DNA of 38,099 nucleotides from contig NC_069005.1 in the NCBI RefSeq assembly GCF_001194135.2, forward strand, positions 8,316,090-8,354,188, read 5' to 3'. The stretch's first letter is position 1. Each line of letters starts with the position of its first letter. The stretch is from Octopus bimaculoides (lineage: Eukaryota). A model generated the notes under the pieces. That model had not been told where the DNA came from and did no database searches. It was given only the letters and a program-made list of their open reading frames with translations. Below are positions 10,841 through 23,469 of the stretch, one piece after another. A program made the position numbers and the translations under genes.

Positions 10841-12138
10841 ATGTGTGTATATGTCTGTGTGTGGGTTTGTACGTAGGTGTGTATATATGTATGCATATAT
10901 GTATTTATTCGAGTATATGTATGTTTGTGTGTATATATGCGCATACACATAAGTATAAATGATTATATACAATCATCTCAGTATTTTTGTAGAAACACAA
11001 GANNNNNNNNNNNNNNNNNNNNNNNNNNNNNNNNNNNNNNNNNNNNNNNNNNNNNNNNNNNNNNNNNNNNNNNNNNNNNNNNNNNNNNNNNNNNNNNNNN
11101 NNNNNNNNNNNNNNNNNNNNNNNNNNNNNNNNNNNNNNNNNNNNNNNNNNNNNNNNNNNNNNNNNNNNNNNNNNNNNNNNNNNNNNNNNNNNNNNNNNNN
11201 NNNNNNNNNNNNNNNNNNNNNNNNNNNNNNNNNNNNNNNNNNNNNNNNNNNNNNNNNNNNNNNNNNNNNNNNNNNNNNNNNNNNNNNNNNNNNNNNNNNN
11301 NNNNNNNNNNNNNNNNNNNNNNNNNNNNNNNNNNNNNNNNNNNNNNNNNNNNNNNNNNNNNNNNNNNNNNNNNNNNNNNNNNNNNNNNNNNNNNNNNNNN
11401 NNNNNNNNNNNNNNNNNNNNNNNNNNNNNNNNNNNNNNNNNNNNNNNNNNNNNNNNNNNNNNNNNNNNNNNNNNNNNNNNNNNNNNNNNNNNNNNNNNNN
11501 NNNNNNNNNNNNNNNNNNNNNNNNNNNNNNNNNNNNNNNNNNNNNNNNNNNNNNNNNNNNNNNNNNNNNNNNNNNNNNNNNNNNNNNNNNNNNNNNNNNN
11601 NNNNNNNNNNNNNNNNNNNNNNNNNNNNNNNNNNNNNNNNNNNNNNNNNNNNNNNNNNNNNNNNNNNNNNNNNNNNNNNNNNNNNNNNNNNNNNNNNNNN
11701 NNNNNNNNNNNNNNNNNNNNNNNNNNNNNNNNNNNNNNNNNNNNNNNNNNNNNNNNNNNNNNNNNNNNNNNNNNNNNNNNNNNNNNNNNNNNNNNNNNNN
11801 NNNNNNNNNNNNNNNNNNNNNNNNNNNNNNNNNNNNNNNNNNNNNNNNNNNNNNNNNNNNNNNNNNNNNNNNNNNNNNNNNNNNNNNNNNNNNNNNNNNN
11901 NNNNNNNNNNNNNNNNNNNNNNNNNNNNNNNNNNNNNNNNNNNNNNNNNNNNNNNNNNNNNNNNNNNNNNNNNNNNNNNNNNNTATAATATTAGCAGATA
12001 GTTATTTAAAACACTGGGAGGAGCACAATTTAAAGTAAAATCTCAATAACATACAGTCAAGATATTTATTTGTATATTTATTTATTTAGCTGATGTCTTT
12101 CAAATTTTTAAATTTGAAAGAGGTGTGGCTAGTTGTGA

Positions 12139-12838
12139 AAGCACCAACACCTAAACAGAAGAAAAAATACAAACAAAGGTTGGAGTGAGATAAAGTGAAG
12201 CAATCATAGAATAATTATGATTGGAGGAAAATGATATGTAGTAATGAAACATGAATCTTCATTGGCTAAGGAGATGACCCTGAAACTTTTGCCTAGGATC
12301 AGCCTCATAAAACATATGAAGGTGACTGTTTGAAGAAAAAAAAAAAAAATCAGATTTTTTTCATACTGATTTATGATAGGAAGTTAAATGTCTGGTAAAT
12401 GATTTGGGAAGATAGTAATTATAAACTCAACAATCAATGCACAAATGTACATGAAAACTTTTGACACTTTTCTCATGCCATCAACAAAAAATAAATTTGA
12501 TGAAGCCATTTTTTCAGGATGATAATAGTGCAACTTGCCACAGAGCAAAGTGTTTTAAATCTTTCCTTAGCAAAATCATATCAATTCAATGACATGGTCA
12601 GCTCTCAATCCAACCAAAGATTTATGACAGAAATTAGAAAACAAAAAACAAAAGAACAAAAACAAAACAAAACAAAAAAATGGCCTTTGGCACATCTCCA
12701 TCCTGCAAAGCTGATTTGTCAATTGCTCTTCAAGAAAGTTGCAACCAGTTTGTAGAATATTGTTTTTCAATAGTGAACTCTTATATTTCAAAAAACTCAA
12801 ACTGTCATAAAAGCCCACAGGGAGACAACGAAGTACAT
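12139..12838 (+). mobile_element. Decayed Tc1-family DDE transposase, Minos-like lineage; multiple stops and frameshifts
   Basis: Collinear manual translations: KAPTPKQKKKYKQRLE*DKVKQS*, DWRKMICSNET*IFIG*GDDPETF, YEGDCLKK, INSTINAQMYMKTFDTFLMPS, FQDDNSATCHRAK, LNPTKDL*QKL, SPSCKADLSIALQESCNQFVEYCFSIVNS, QTVIKAHRETTKY. These correspond to the Tc1 motifs W..VIFSDES, FQDDNA..H, SPDLNPIENLW and the terminal GG.TKY. Two catalytic residues appear mutated (D to N, E to K). Interrupted by (CAAAA)n at about 12640-12680. Confidence 0.85.
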
Positions 12839-12839
12839 A

Positions 12840-12905
12840 TTCAAGGTGGTGCTCCAGTATGGCCACAGTCAAATGACTAAAACAAGTAAAAGAATAAAAG
12901 AATAA
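12840..12905 (+). mobile_element. Family A SINE, 3' tail only, inserted at the transposase end
   Basis: TTCAAGGTGGTGCTCCAGTATGGCCACAGTCAAATGACTAAAACAAGTAAAAGAATAAAAGAATAA matches the family A tail. Confidence 0.8.
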
Positions 12906-13218
12906 TTAGATTTTTTTTTTTCTGTTCAGGATTTCATAATTTTTCGTCACTTTGATTTAGAGAGAAATATGTTGTTAATTAAAATAATTTGTTTGAGGAA
13001 TACTTTTTTCCTCAAAGACAAAATGTTAAGCTACTTAACAAAAATTGTTTTGTGTTATATTTGGGATTTTTTTTTTTTTTTGTTTTGAAGTAAAAATGAA
13101 AAAAAACCTAGGTGGATAACAATCAAATATGGTGATTCTAGAATTTTTACCAGGGAGTGTAGTTGATATGATGCATTGTTTGCTCGCATAATGCTTGATA
13201 TTTTTATATAATTAAAAG

Positions 13219-13249
<31 letters not shown>

Positions 13250-13260
13250 GTAATAATAAT

Positions 13261-13420
13261 GATCCTTGCTACTAAGGCCTAAAATTTGGTGGGAGGGGGT
13301 AAGTCGATTATATTGACCCTAATGTTTCACCGGTACTTAATTTATTGATCTTGAAAGGATTAAAGGCAAAGTCGACTCTGGCAGATTTTGAACTCAGAAT
13401 GTAAAGACGGCTGAAATACC
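13261..13420 (-). mobile_element. Family B SINE lacking its 5' head end
   Basis: (AAT)n tail at 13225-13260. Core CCGGTACTTAATTTATTGATCTTGAAAGGATTAAAGGCAAAGTCGACTCTGGCAGATTTTGAACTCAGAA. Confidence 0.85.
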
Positions 13421-13807
13421 ATGAATAATTTGTTTTCTTTATTCACCAGCAAGGGTTCAGAAAAACATTCAGACAGGACATTACAATGTGGGGTAACATG
13501 AAGGAGCATATAAAAAAAGATCAACAGTAAAATAAATTCCATAAATGGATAATTCGCCAAAGAGGAAGACTTCCTAGGGCTGCTTGTGGAAACCCTACAA
13601 AACCATGGTCACCATGGCCACTAGGGCAAGTGCCTTCTCCTTATCCTGTTCCTTCAATCTACAGGTGCACACTTAGAGTAGGCCCATTCATTCAAAATGT
13701 TATAGCCTCATTTATCCATCTTTTAACAAAATTGCTGGAAGGCAGCACTTCCCTCTCCGCTCTACTTGCCTTTTCAAGGGAAACTTTTTCAAGTTGATGA
13801 TAAAAAT

Positions 13808-14520
13808 AATCCTTTCTTCTATGGGGACAAGGCCTGAAATTTTGTGGGAGTGGGGCTAGTTGAGAACATTGACCACAGTGCTTATCTGGTACTTATTTTA
13901 TTGACCTTGAAAGGATGAAATGCAAAATTGACTTCAGCAGAATTTGGACTCAAAGCCTAATGAGTTGAAAGAAATGCTGTTTAGCATGTTGTCTGATGTA
14001 CTACTGATTCTGCCAGCTTGCTGTCATAATAATAATAATAATATGATAATAATAATATTAGTAGATCTTTCTGCTATAGGCATAGGGCCAGATATTTTTG
14101 GAGAGGGGGCTAATTGATTAAATCGACCCCACCCCCAGTGGTCATCTGATATTTATTTTATCAACCTTAAAAGGATGAAAGGCTACGTTGACCGTAGCGG
14201 TATTTGAACTCAGAACATAAACAGCCAGAAGGAATGGTGCTAAACTTTTTGTCTGGTGATGATTTTACTAGTTCACCACCTTAATAATAATAATAATAAT
14301 CCTTTCTACAATAAGCACAAGAACTGAAATTTTGGTGGGGAGGGTGGCACTAGCCAGTCATATCAACCCCAGTTCTTAACTAGTTCTTATTTTATTGATC
14401 CTGAAAGGATGAAAGGCAAAGTCAACCTCGGCAGCATTTGAACTCAGAAAGTAAAGACAGATGAAATACTGCTAAGCAGTTTTGTCTGGCATGCTAACAT
14501 TTCTGCTAGTTCATGGCCTA
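13808..14520 (-). mobile_element. Three head-to-tail family B SINEs (about 13808-14026, 14065-14282, 14298-14520) separated only by (AAT)n
   Basis: Each unit reads CCTTTCT...GGCC(T/A)GA(A/T)ATTTT...AAAGGATGAAA(G/T)GC...TTTGAACTCAGAA...TGCCAGCT/TAGTTCA, with (AAT)n between units. Confidence 0.88.
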
Positions 14521-15291
14521 TAACAACAGCAGCAAAAATAACAGGTATATATTTGGCTTATGTCTTCTGCTGTTACTTGAAGTTTTTAACAGTCAGATGG
14601 CCATATTGGTCAATAACCAATTATTATAATTCAACAGCAGCCATCTGGTTGATTGAACATTCTTAGAACTTGAAATAACAACGAAAGGCAGAATATGAAT
14701 AAATACAATTAAAATCCACTGCGTGTTTTGAGTACTTCAGTAGTTCTCTTATTTGTTATAGACAACACACCCACATGTACTCGCGCGCACACACACACAC
14801 ACACTTTCCATCTGATATACCAGGTGAACCCACATCAGGCTAAGAAATGCAGAGAAGGGTCTGATTCTGGAGTTGGAGCTGGGAAGTGATAGGGTTGCTA
14901 ATGGTGGTGTGCTCCAGCATGGCTACACTCTCTGGCTGAAACTGATGATAGAATAATGGGATACATGAGAGTGGATCAACAGTCACTTCTTGTGTGTGTT
15001 TGTGTGTGGTACCACTAATAAGTGTTAATCAAGCTGGTATAGGAACTGCTATGTGATTGCCCTGCTAGAAGTAGCACCCAAATCTCCCTCAAATCACAAT
15101 ATAGTTAACAATATAACTGCATCAATCATTCAACACAGTAACAGAACTTTATCAAATACTTCGTACAAGTGTGTTAGAATAGATTTGTAAAATCTTGACA
15201 AATTCGTAAAAGCTAGAAGTGTAAAATATCAGTGACAATGATTATTTCTTGGATAACGGTATTAGCAGCTCAGACATATCGGAGAAAGAGT

Positions 15292-15360
<69 letters not shown>

Positions 15361-16125
15361 CAGTAGAAGAGAAAAAAAGACAGCCAAGTTTTGTGATGTC
15401 AGGTCTTGCCTAAGAATATTTGTGACGTAAGTGAAGTAATTTTGCAGGTAAACAAAATTTCCAAAACTGGATTATGATATAGAATTGCCAAGAAACTTAG
15501 TACTACATCACTCCACTTTGCCAGTGATAAAAATAGTAAAAAAAAAAATAATGATAGTAATAATAATAATAATAATGATGATGTTGATGATGGGAATGTA
15601 GTAAATATTTTATTTGGCTTTAGAATGAGAATGAAGTAGTTCACAAAATTTCCAATGCTGGTCTTACAAGATAACTCTCATTCTGATCTTCCTGATGTAA
15701 CCAACCAGTTTGCTAAATATTGCTGTTGTTGATGTTTTTTGACTCGCAGGTTTTGCAGACAAACTTAGAAGAAAAAAAAAAAAGGTAACACTCCAAGGAT
15801 AGCAATTTATCCTTTCATAATATAGTAGGATTTGATTTGAGGGAGATCTAGCTGCTATTTCTAGCAGGTTGAGCGACCATGCTGAGGTTCCATCATTGGC
15901 TTGACCTTCCTTCCTTCCTTCCTTCCTTCCTTTTCAAAGCAAGGACATATGATGTAACAGCTGTGTTTCGTGTTATTACTTTAATATCCCCTCTATTTCA
16001 AATTGGTGTTGCAGTAACACTTCTGAACTAAATTATTTTCTGATTTGATACAATAATGTGTCAGTTAAAATATGCATTATCTCTCCCTCTCTCTTCCTTC
16101 CCCTTCTTCCCTCTTTCTAAATATG

Positions 16126-16668
16126 TAGGTAGAAGCATGGCTATGTGATTAAGAGGTTTGCTTACCAACCACATGGTTCCAGGTTAAGTCCCACTGAATG
16201 GCACTCTGGGCAGGTTATCTTCTACTATAACAACCCTGGGCTGACCAAAGCGTTGTGAGTGATTTTAGTAGATGGAAAATGAAAGAAGCCTGTTGTGTGT
16301 GTTTGTATAAATGGTTCTGGTTTCAGTCCCATTGCTTGTGACCTTGCTCAAATGCTTTCTACTATAGCCTCAGGCTGACCAAAACCTTATGATTGGATTT
16401 ATTACACAGAAACTGAAGAAGCCCGTCGTGTGTGTACATATATAGTGTGTATCTCTATGTGTCTGTGTTTGTCCCCCACCAGTGCTTGACAAATGGTGTC
16501 AGTGTGTTTACATCCCCGTAACTTAGCGTTTGGTTAAAGAGACCAATAGACCAATTACTAGTCTTAAAAATACAAGTACTTGGGTTGATTCATTTAACTA
16601 AAACTTCTTCAAGGCAATGCCCAGCATGGCCACAGTCAAACGACTGAAACAAGTAAAAGATAAAAGAT
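16126..16668 (+). mobile_element. Family A tRNA/CORE-type SINE (OR-like), full length with duplicated B-box/CORE module
   Basis: Head TGGCTATGTGATTAAG...GGTTCCAGGTTAAGTCCC and CORE-like CTGGGCAGGTTATCTTCTACTATA. The module repeats at 16311-16428. Tail CCAGCATGGCCACAGTCAAACGACTGAAACAAGTAAAAGATAAAAGA. Confidence 0.88.
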
Positions 16669-16744
16669 ATAATTAGTATATATATTTGTGAGTGTGAGTA
16701 TTTTTGTCTCCTTTTCTTGACATCACATAATTGTTGTAAAAGAA

Positions 16745-16915
16745 TGTCATTCATTTGCAGTATTAGGTGAAGGCATTTTTTGGCCATGAAGGAATATTAC
16801 TTTGCTTGGAAACAGGTAAGAGTTGGTGATAGGAAAGGCATCCGACTGTAGAAAATCTACTTCAACAAATTCCATCTGACCCAGGCAAGTGTGGAAAAGT
16901 GATGATGATGATAAT
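16745..16915 (+). mobile_element. Family D 3' module with (GAT)n tail
   Basis: CTTGGAAACAGG...GATAGGAAAGGCATCCGACTGTAGAAAATCTAC...CCATCTGACCCAGGCAAGTGTGGAAAAGTGATGATGATG. Confidence 0.8.
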
Positions 16916-16918
16916 CTA

Positions 16919-16956
<38 letters not shown>

Positions 16957-18311
16957 CACATACACTACATCCTTGGTTCTGAGTCATTCCTGTGAAAGTA
17001 ATGTGATTTTGAATATAAAATCGTCAGTAAAAATAAATATAGACTATAAAACGTATTGGATATTTTTCTTTTGTTCATATACCCATCTAACCATCCATTT
17101 ATCTATCCATCCATTTATCCATTCATTTATCCATCCATCCATAAATCCACGTAATTATGCGCAAACAAAAATCTACATTCAGTTAAAAATCTGAAATCTG
17201 GTGTAGATTGGCGATAGGATATCTACCATCAGTTACAAATTATATCATATACGTGTGTGTGTGTGTGTATTTTGCAATTTGTATCCATCTAAGTATATAC
17301 TCTCATTCTCTCATATTCAAAAACAGTATAATGAACATTGCTTCATTTGTCTTGTTTGATGGCATGTTCACCTAAATTTAATTATGTAGTCATGCTCTCC
17401 CTCATTTCATCAATGAATATTAAACCACTAAAATATAGCCGAGGTAATGGGAGGAAAAGATTCAAACACACACGTGTTCATATATGCCTACACAAACACA
17501 AACATACACATGCATATACAAACGCCCTGATGCAAACATATATATATACACACGCATACACGTTCATGATTCATCTTCTATTATTAACTGAATATAGCTG
17601 TCTTTTGTTTCTTCAAGGCAAATTGCCTAAACGACCACTGTGATGCAACCGCGGTTGCTGCTGCCACCACTACCACCACCACCACCACCACCACCAACTC
17701 CACTACTACTATCACTGTTTCTTACTTTTCTTATGCCCCCAAACACTAAACATTTAGGGATTAAATTGTTCTCATCTTAACAGTTGACATTTTAAGTTTT
17801 TTTTCTTTTTTCTTTTTCTTGTTTGGCATACAAAATCTGCATACTGGAAAAAACTTGTATTCTTAGCTGCCTGCTTATTTGAATGTCTTTTGCATGGATA
17901 ACCAAGCATTTAGAGCTACGCTTGTAAAAGATGGTGCTAATCATGATAAAGGTGTACTAGTGATGTTTGTATTAGGGTGGTGGATGTGGTGATGGTGGTG
18001 TTGCTGTTATCAACCCTGATCAATCTACACTCAAAGGCTCTCCAGCAATGAAAATCCTGTCATTTTGAAGGTGTCTAGAATATATCCAGTGTTTGTTTCT
18101 CCTTACTTTAAATGCGAGGGTGTGATTTGAGGGAAATTTGGCTGTTATTTTAGCAGGTCATATAATTACCTAGAGACATAATTGTTGGATATTGATGGTA
18201 ATTCTGGTGGTGCTGTTATTTATCCTTAGTTCAACTCCGATTAAACAGACTTATGATGAAAGACATTTTGGAATGAATGGCTTTTTGTTGTTGTATATAT
18301 CTTGTGTTCAT

Positions 18312-18480
18312 ACAGGCATAGACATAGCTGTGTGAAGAAGCTTGCTTCCCAACCATCTGGTTTTGGGTTTTTATCCCACTGAGCAGCACCTTAGGCAAGT
18401 GTCTTCTAGTATAGCTCCAAACCAACCAAGGTCTTGTGTGAGGATTTAATAGATGGAAACTGAAAGAAGCCCGTTGTAAA
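18312..18480 (+). mobile_element. Family A SINE head and CORE part
   Basis: TAGCTGTGTGAAGAAGCTTGCTTCCCAACC...CACCTTAGGCAAGTGTCTTCTAGTATAGC...GATGGAAACTGAAAGAAGCCCG. Confidence 0.85.
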
Positions 18481-19199
18481 TATATATATTTGTGTTAAAT
18501 TCAACTTAAATTGAATACTCACATATATCAAAAGCATAGACGCAAACATGCACACACAGTTGTCTATCTACAGAAAATAAACACACTGAAACATTTTCTC
18601 TTCAGAAAACACATACATTCACACAAAAAGCAACAACCATTTATGTGCAGTCACCATTCACATACACTTACACACATGCATATACTCTTGCATACACACA
18701 CACATGTGCCTGCTGTTTTCTAGGAAAACACTATACAATAAACACCATCACAATCCAGCAAATACTCACACTAAACACATACTCACCACACGTATAGCTC
18801 ACTACATATACAGAACAAACATACACATGTATTCTCTTCTGAAAATGCACAATTACACACATATGCATAAACACAACAACTAGTATATACACACAAACAT
18901 TGTCCCACCTTACCCCCCTTTGTGAACTCTCTGCTGTTGAACACCATGATTCTCTCCTCATTTCCACTTCACTTCAAAAAAATGATATTCTTATAAATGC
19001 ACATGGATTAAATCATCTCTGATTTCTCTGTCTCTCTCTCTCTCTCTCTTGCTTCTTACTTTCCTTGTCCCTCTCTCACTCCTTTATTTTTCTCTTCATT
19101 TGTCATAAGACTAATACATCAAATATTTCTTTCATTCATTCTGCATCAATCATATACAAGTTTTTTGTTTATAGTGTTATGTTTGCTTTATTATGCATT

Positions 19200-19646
19200 T
19201 AAATAACATCTCCTCATCAACATTTAACGCCCATTTTTCCATGATTGCATGGTGTAGACGGAATTTGTTCAGGCAGATTTTCTACAGCGGAATGCCCTTC
19301 CTGTTGCCAACCTTCACCTGTTTCCAAGCATGTTAATATTTTCCCCATAGCCAGAAATGTCTATCATGGAAGATTGAAAATAAATAGTATGGCTTGTATG
19401 ACAATGATGCTTATTTACAGCCATCACATGATGCCAACACATGGTTATACACAAACATATGCACACAAATACACACATATAAATATATATACAATGAACC
19501 TCTTTCAGTTTACATTCACCAAATTCACTCACAAAGCTTTAATTGACACAGGGCATTTGTAGAACACACTTGCTCAAGGTGGCTTGCAGTGGGACTGAAC
19601 CTGAGACCATATGGTTGGGAAGCAAGCTTCTCAATTACACAGCCAT
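19200..19646 (-). mobile_element. SINE with family A head and family D (RTE-type) tail
   Basis: Head on the minus strand at 19495-19646 (CTTGCTCAAGGTG...GGGACTGAACC...CACAGCCAT), then a CA/TA spacer, then the D module at 19200-19480. Confidence 0.8.
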
Positions 19647-19649
19647 CTT

Positions 19650-20085
19650 TTATCCTTCTTTTTATCTTTTACTTGTTCCAGTCATTGTATTGCAGCCATG
19701 CTGGAGCACTGCCTTGAGAAATTTTAGTTGAATTGACACAAGTAGTTATTTTTTTTTTCAAAGCCTGGGTACTTATTCTATCAGTCTCTTTTGCCAAACT
19801 GTTAAGTTACAGAGGCATAGACACACCAACACCAGTGAAGGACAAACACAGACAAAAAGACATGCGTGTATACACACACACACACACACACGCACGTGCA
19901 CACACATACACACACATACACACATGACAGGCTTCTTTCTGTTTCTGTCTGCCAAATCCACTCACGAAGGTTTGGTTGGCTCAAGGCTATAGCAGAAGCC
20001 ACCTGCCCAAGGTGTCATGCAGTGAGAGTGAACCTGGAACCATGTAGTTGCAAAGCAAACTTCTTACCACATAGCCATGCCTGCA
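19650..20085 (-). mobile_element. Family A SINE, full length
   Basis: TCTTTTACTTGTTCCAGTCATT...CCATGCTGGAGCAC tail, internal (CA)n, then CCAAATCCACTCAC...CTGCCCAAGGTG...TTACCACATAGCCATGCCTGC head. Confidence 0.88.
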
Positions 20086-20924
20086 CCCACATGCACATGC
20101 ACATATACATGCATGCATGTGTTAGTATAATAATCTTTGACAAAGTCAAATTATACTCACCAAGGATTGGTCAATCAAAACCGAGAGTAGAAAACATTTG
20201 CCTGACTTTGCCACACAGTGTAACTGAATCTGGAAACTCTACATGGCTACAATGTGAACTTCTTAACCAAACAGGCAGGACAGAAACTTTGTCCAATAAA
20301 GAGTAAAATATTTTGTATGTATGGAGTTTAGAAGTCTTTGTAACTGTGCTACATATTATTTTCATGTTTGCAGGCTTTATGTTTTTGTATTCTGACTGAG
20401 AAAAACTGAAGTTATTTTTTCCCAATAAAAGACAGAAGACAGCCAGTTGTTAGCTTTCCATTGCTTTTTCATGCTAAGGTCTCTCATAAACGTTATGTAT
20501 TTATATATTTTTGGTGCTATGTTTTATAATTCTATATTGGTGCCTATGTTAGAAGCTATTATTATTATTTTTTTATTATCATTGCTATTATTATTGTTTC
20601 TGACTCCTGAGGATTATTTTCTTAATTAAACTGCTTTTTATGTAATATCCATGAAAGAAACAGTTTTCATTTCATTTTGTTCCTATAAATCAATGCAAGT
20701 GACATGTTCCTCGCAGGCAAGATAAACATGCTGAAAATAGATATGTAATAGATGTAATAGATACATCATTAGCCATGTAGTTATGGAGTTTTGTCTAGTA
20801 ACCGCGTTGTTCTGAGTTCAAACCTACTGCATACTGGGCATGAGCTGGAACCCTGGTTTGACCAGTTCCTTGTCAGTGAAATTTGTAAGATGGAAATATT
20901 TCAGAAGCTCTTCACGTGCGTAGG

Positions 20925-21430
20925 TGATATCATCATCATCATTATCAGCAGTATTGTTTTCTGCATCGACTTTTCCATGCCTGCATGGGTCAGATTAAAC
21001 TTGCGGCATGTTTTTCCACAGTTGGATGCTCTTCCTGCCTCTAACCCCTTAGCTGTTTCCAAGCAAAGTAATATTTCTACCAGTTCTTTAAGTAAGTGAC
21101 AAACAGCTCAATATGTGGATATGTTTTTCATAATATTCATACAAGCAGTGTCATTTACAAACAAATGATTCCCTTTGTAAGAATGCTGACCTTGTTTAGT
21201 GTCAATATACAAACTATCAAGACAAAAGAAAGTCATACACACAAGTTCGCTCATACACCAACACACACATGCACACACTAACACAAACACACTTGCATAT
21301 ACAACAGGCTTCTTCTAGTATCCCTCTATCAAAATAATTCACAAAGCACTGGTTGGCCCAGGGTTTTAGAAGGTGCCATGCAGTGGGACTGAATCTAGAC
21401 CACATGGTTAAGAAGCTTGCTTCTGTAACA
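20925..21430 (-). mobile_element. Degraded SINE with family A head and family D tail
   Basis: (CAT)n, then TTTTCCATGCCTGCATGGGTCAGA...GGATGCTCTTCCTG, a CA spacer, then CAGGCTTCTT...GGTGCCATGCAGTGGGACTGAA head. Confidence 0.72.
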
Positions 21431-22053
21431 CACAAGCATGTTTAAGGATGTGATTTGTGGGAGATTTGGATGGTACATTTAGTAGTGCATTTAGCCACAT
21501 GATACCATTTTTGGATCATGGCTTTTATTTGTTTTACATATAAAGGGGCTAGTGGGCCTATTTAAAAGGAATAAACTTGAATAGCTAATGTTTTTCAAAC
21601 TTTACAAGTCCCCATGTAGTGGGACTGAACCTGAAACTGTCTGGTTAGGAAGCAAATTTTTTTTAACCAGAGAGCCTTCCTGAAAATTATGTCGAAGGGT
21701 TACAGATCATAGATTGTTCAGCCACATTGCTAATTTTATGAGTTGGTTGCTCATTGATCAAACAACTGAATACTCAATGTTGAAACCAAGAAAGGTCCAT
21801 TTTATTTATGATTGGCTTACGCTGTATTATAAGATCATTTCCTAGAATCTGCAGGTTAAGTTGGAAAAGTATTAAATGACTACTTTTAACCTTGCTTATA
21901 TCAATCTCTGTTGCATTTGAGACAAATGTCTTCGGCATTACATTCTAATGACTAATATTTCAACCTTCAGTTCCTGTTGTTTTACATGCACACACAAACA
22001 GAGCTGTATTATGAGTGTATGTGTATGTATATATGTATATATGTATACATACA

Positions 22054-22098
<45 letters not shown>

Positions 22099-22125
22099 GT
22101 TTATATATACATACATAAGCGTGTG

Positions 22126-22167
<42 letters not shown>

Positions 22168-22308
22168 TATATATATACATGCTTACATGTGTGTGTGAAT
22201 ATATGTGTATATGTATGTATACATACATATATGTGTATGTAAATATATGCACATATATACATAGTTATGTGTGTATGTATATATATATATATACATACAC
22301 ACACACAC

Positions 22309-22360
<52 letters not shown>

Positions 22361-22617
22361 NNNNNNNNNNNNNNNNNNNNNNNNNNNNNNNNNNNNNNNN
22401 NNNNNNNNNNNNNNNNNNNNNNNNNNNNNNNNNNNNNNNNNNNNNNNNNNNNNNNNNNNNNNNNNNNNNNNNNNNNNNNNNNNNNNNNNNNNNNNNNNNN
22501 NNNNNNNNNNNNNNNNNNNNNNNNNNNNNNNNNNNNNNNNNNNNNNNNNNNNNNNNNNNNNNNNNNNNNNNNNNNNNNNNNNNNNNNNNNNNNNNNNNNN
22601 NNNNNNNNNNNNNNNNN

Positions 22618-22663
<46 letters not shown>

Positions 22664-23469
22664 TAATTTAGTTATGTTTATATTCCTGTCATAATTTGCT
22701 TTGCTTAGATAGCAAAAATGTCTTCATTCAATTGTATTAATGTTGTTCAATTGTATCGTTATCAATTTTACTGTCTGTCTTATTGCATACACCATTCAAA
22801 CCTTTCAAGAGAGGTGAGGGAATCTTTCCAGTTTACTACCTATCGTAAAAAAAAAAAGACAAAAAGAAACGAGTAAAATAAACAACAGAAAAAATTGAAT
22901 TATCCTGCTTTTAGTTTCCACAATTTCTGTTTTTCTATCTGTTTTTTTTTTTTTGTCTCTCTAACAAAGAATAAAAGATAAACTCAATAACATTCAGAAA
23001 TATCTTAGTATTATGTCACTGTTCTAATATTGATTTAAGAGCCAAAATGTTCTTGCTGCTTTGGTGTTCCATTTCCATCTGTGGAATCTCTTTCTTTGAC
23101 CAAACATCAGAATGAAATGAACTATCTTTTGCTGAGTTTCCAAGTGTTGTGTTTTATTGACGAAGCTTACACCATAACACTGATATATCTACTGGGACAG
23201 TTTTTATTAACTTTATCCTTTGTCATCAGTTGTTCTAGCTTCTCCCTGTTTCCCATTTCTCCTCAATTCTTTCTCTCTCTTAATCTCTCCTCTTCCCCTC
23301 TCCCCTTCTTCCTTTCCTCCCCTTCCTCCCCTTCTTACCGTCTCTCTTTGATAAAGTCATTCATATGCTATCACCTTTTGCGAGGCCATGTAGGGCACTG
23401 AAACAATATTTTTGAAGACTTTCAATACTTTCAATGAGCTTTTTCTTTTTTTCTTTCCTTTCTTTTACA

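Noticed and set aside
10877-12038. Long ORFs of 240-374 aa in the track (also 5156-5985 and 25240-26229)
   Set aside because: They consist mostly of N-run X residues plus (TA)n translation and are artefacts of assembly gaps.
14595-14647. Short inverted repeat CAGATGGC/GCCATCTG, and GAGAAGCA/TGCTTCTC near 29000-29035
   Set aside because: Stems of only 8 bp with unpaired interiors are expected by chance and do not fit pre-miRNA geometry.
15440-15456. TTTTGCAG|GTAAAC as a recursive splice site
   Set aside because: The motif is short, the 5' site is suboptimal, and no host transcript or strand is established.
21938-22694. Many [12 protein letters not shown]-rich ORFs, here and throughout the window
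   Set aside because: These are direct translations of dinucleotide microsatellites, which lack stop codons in most frames.
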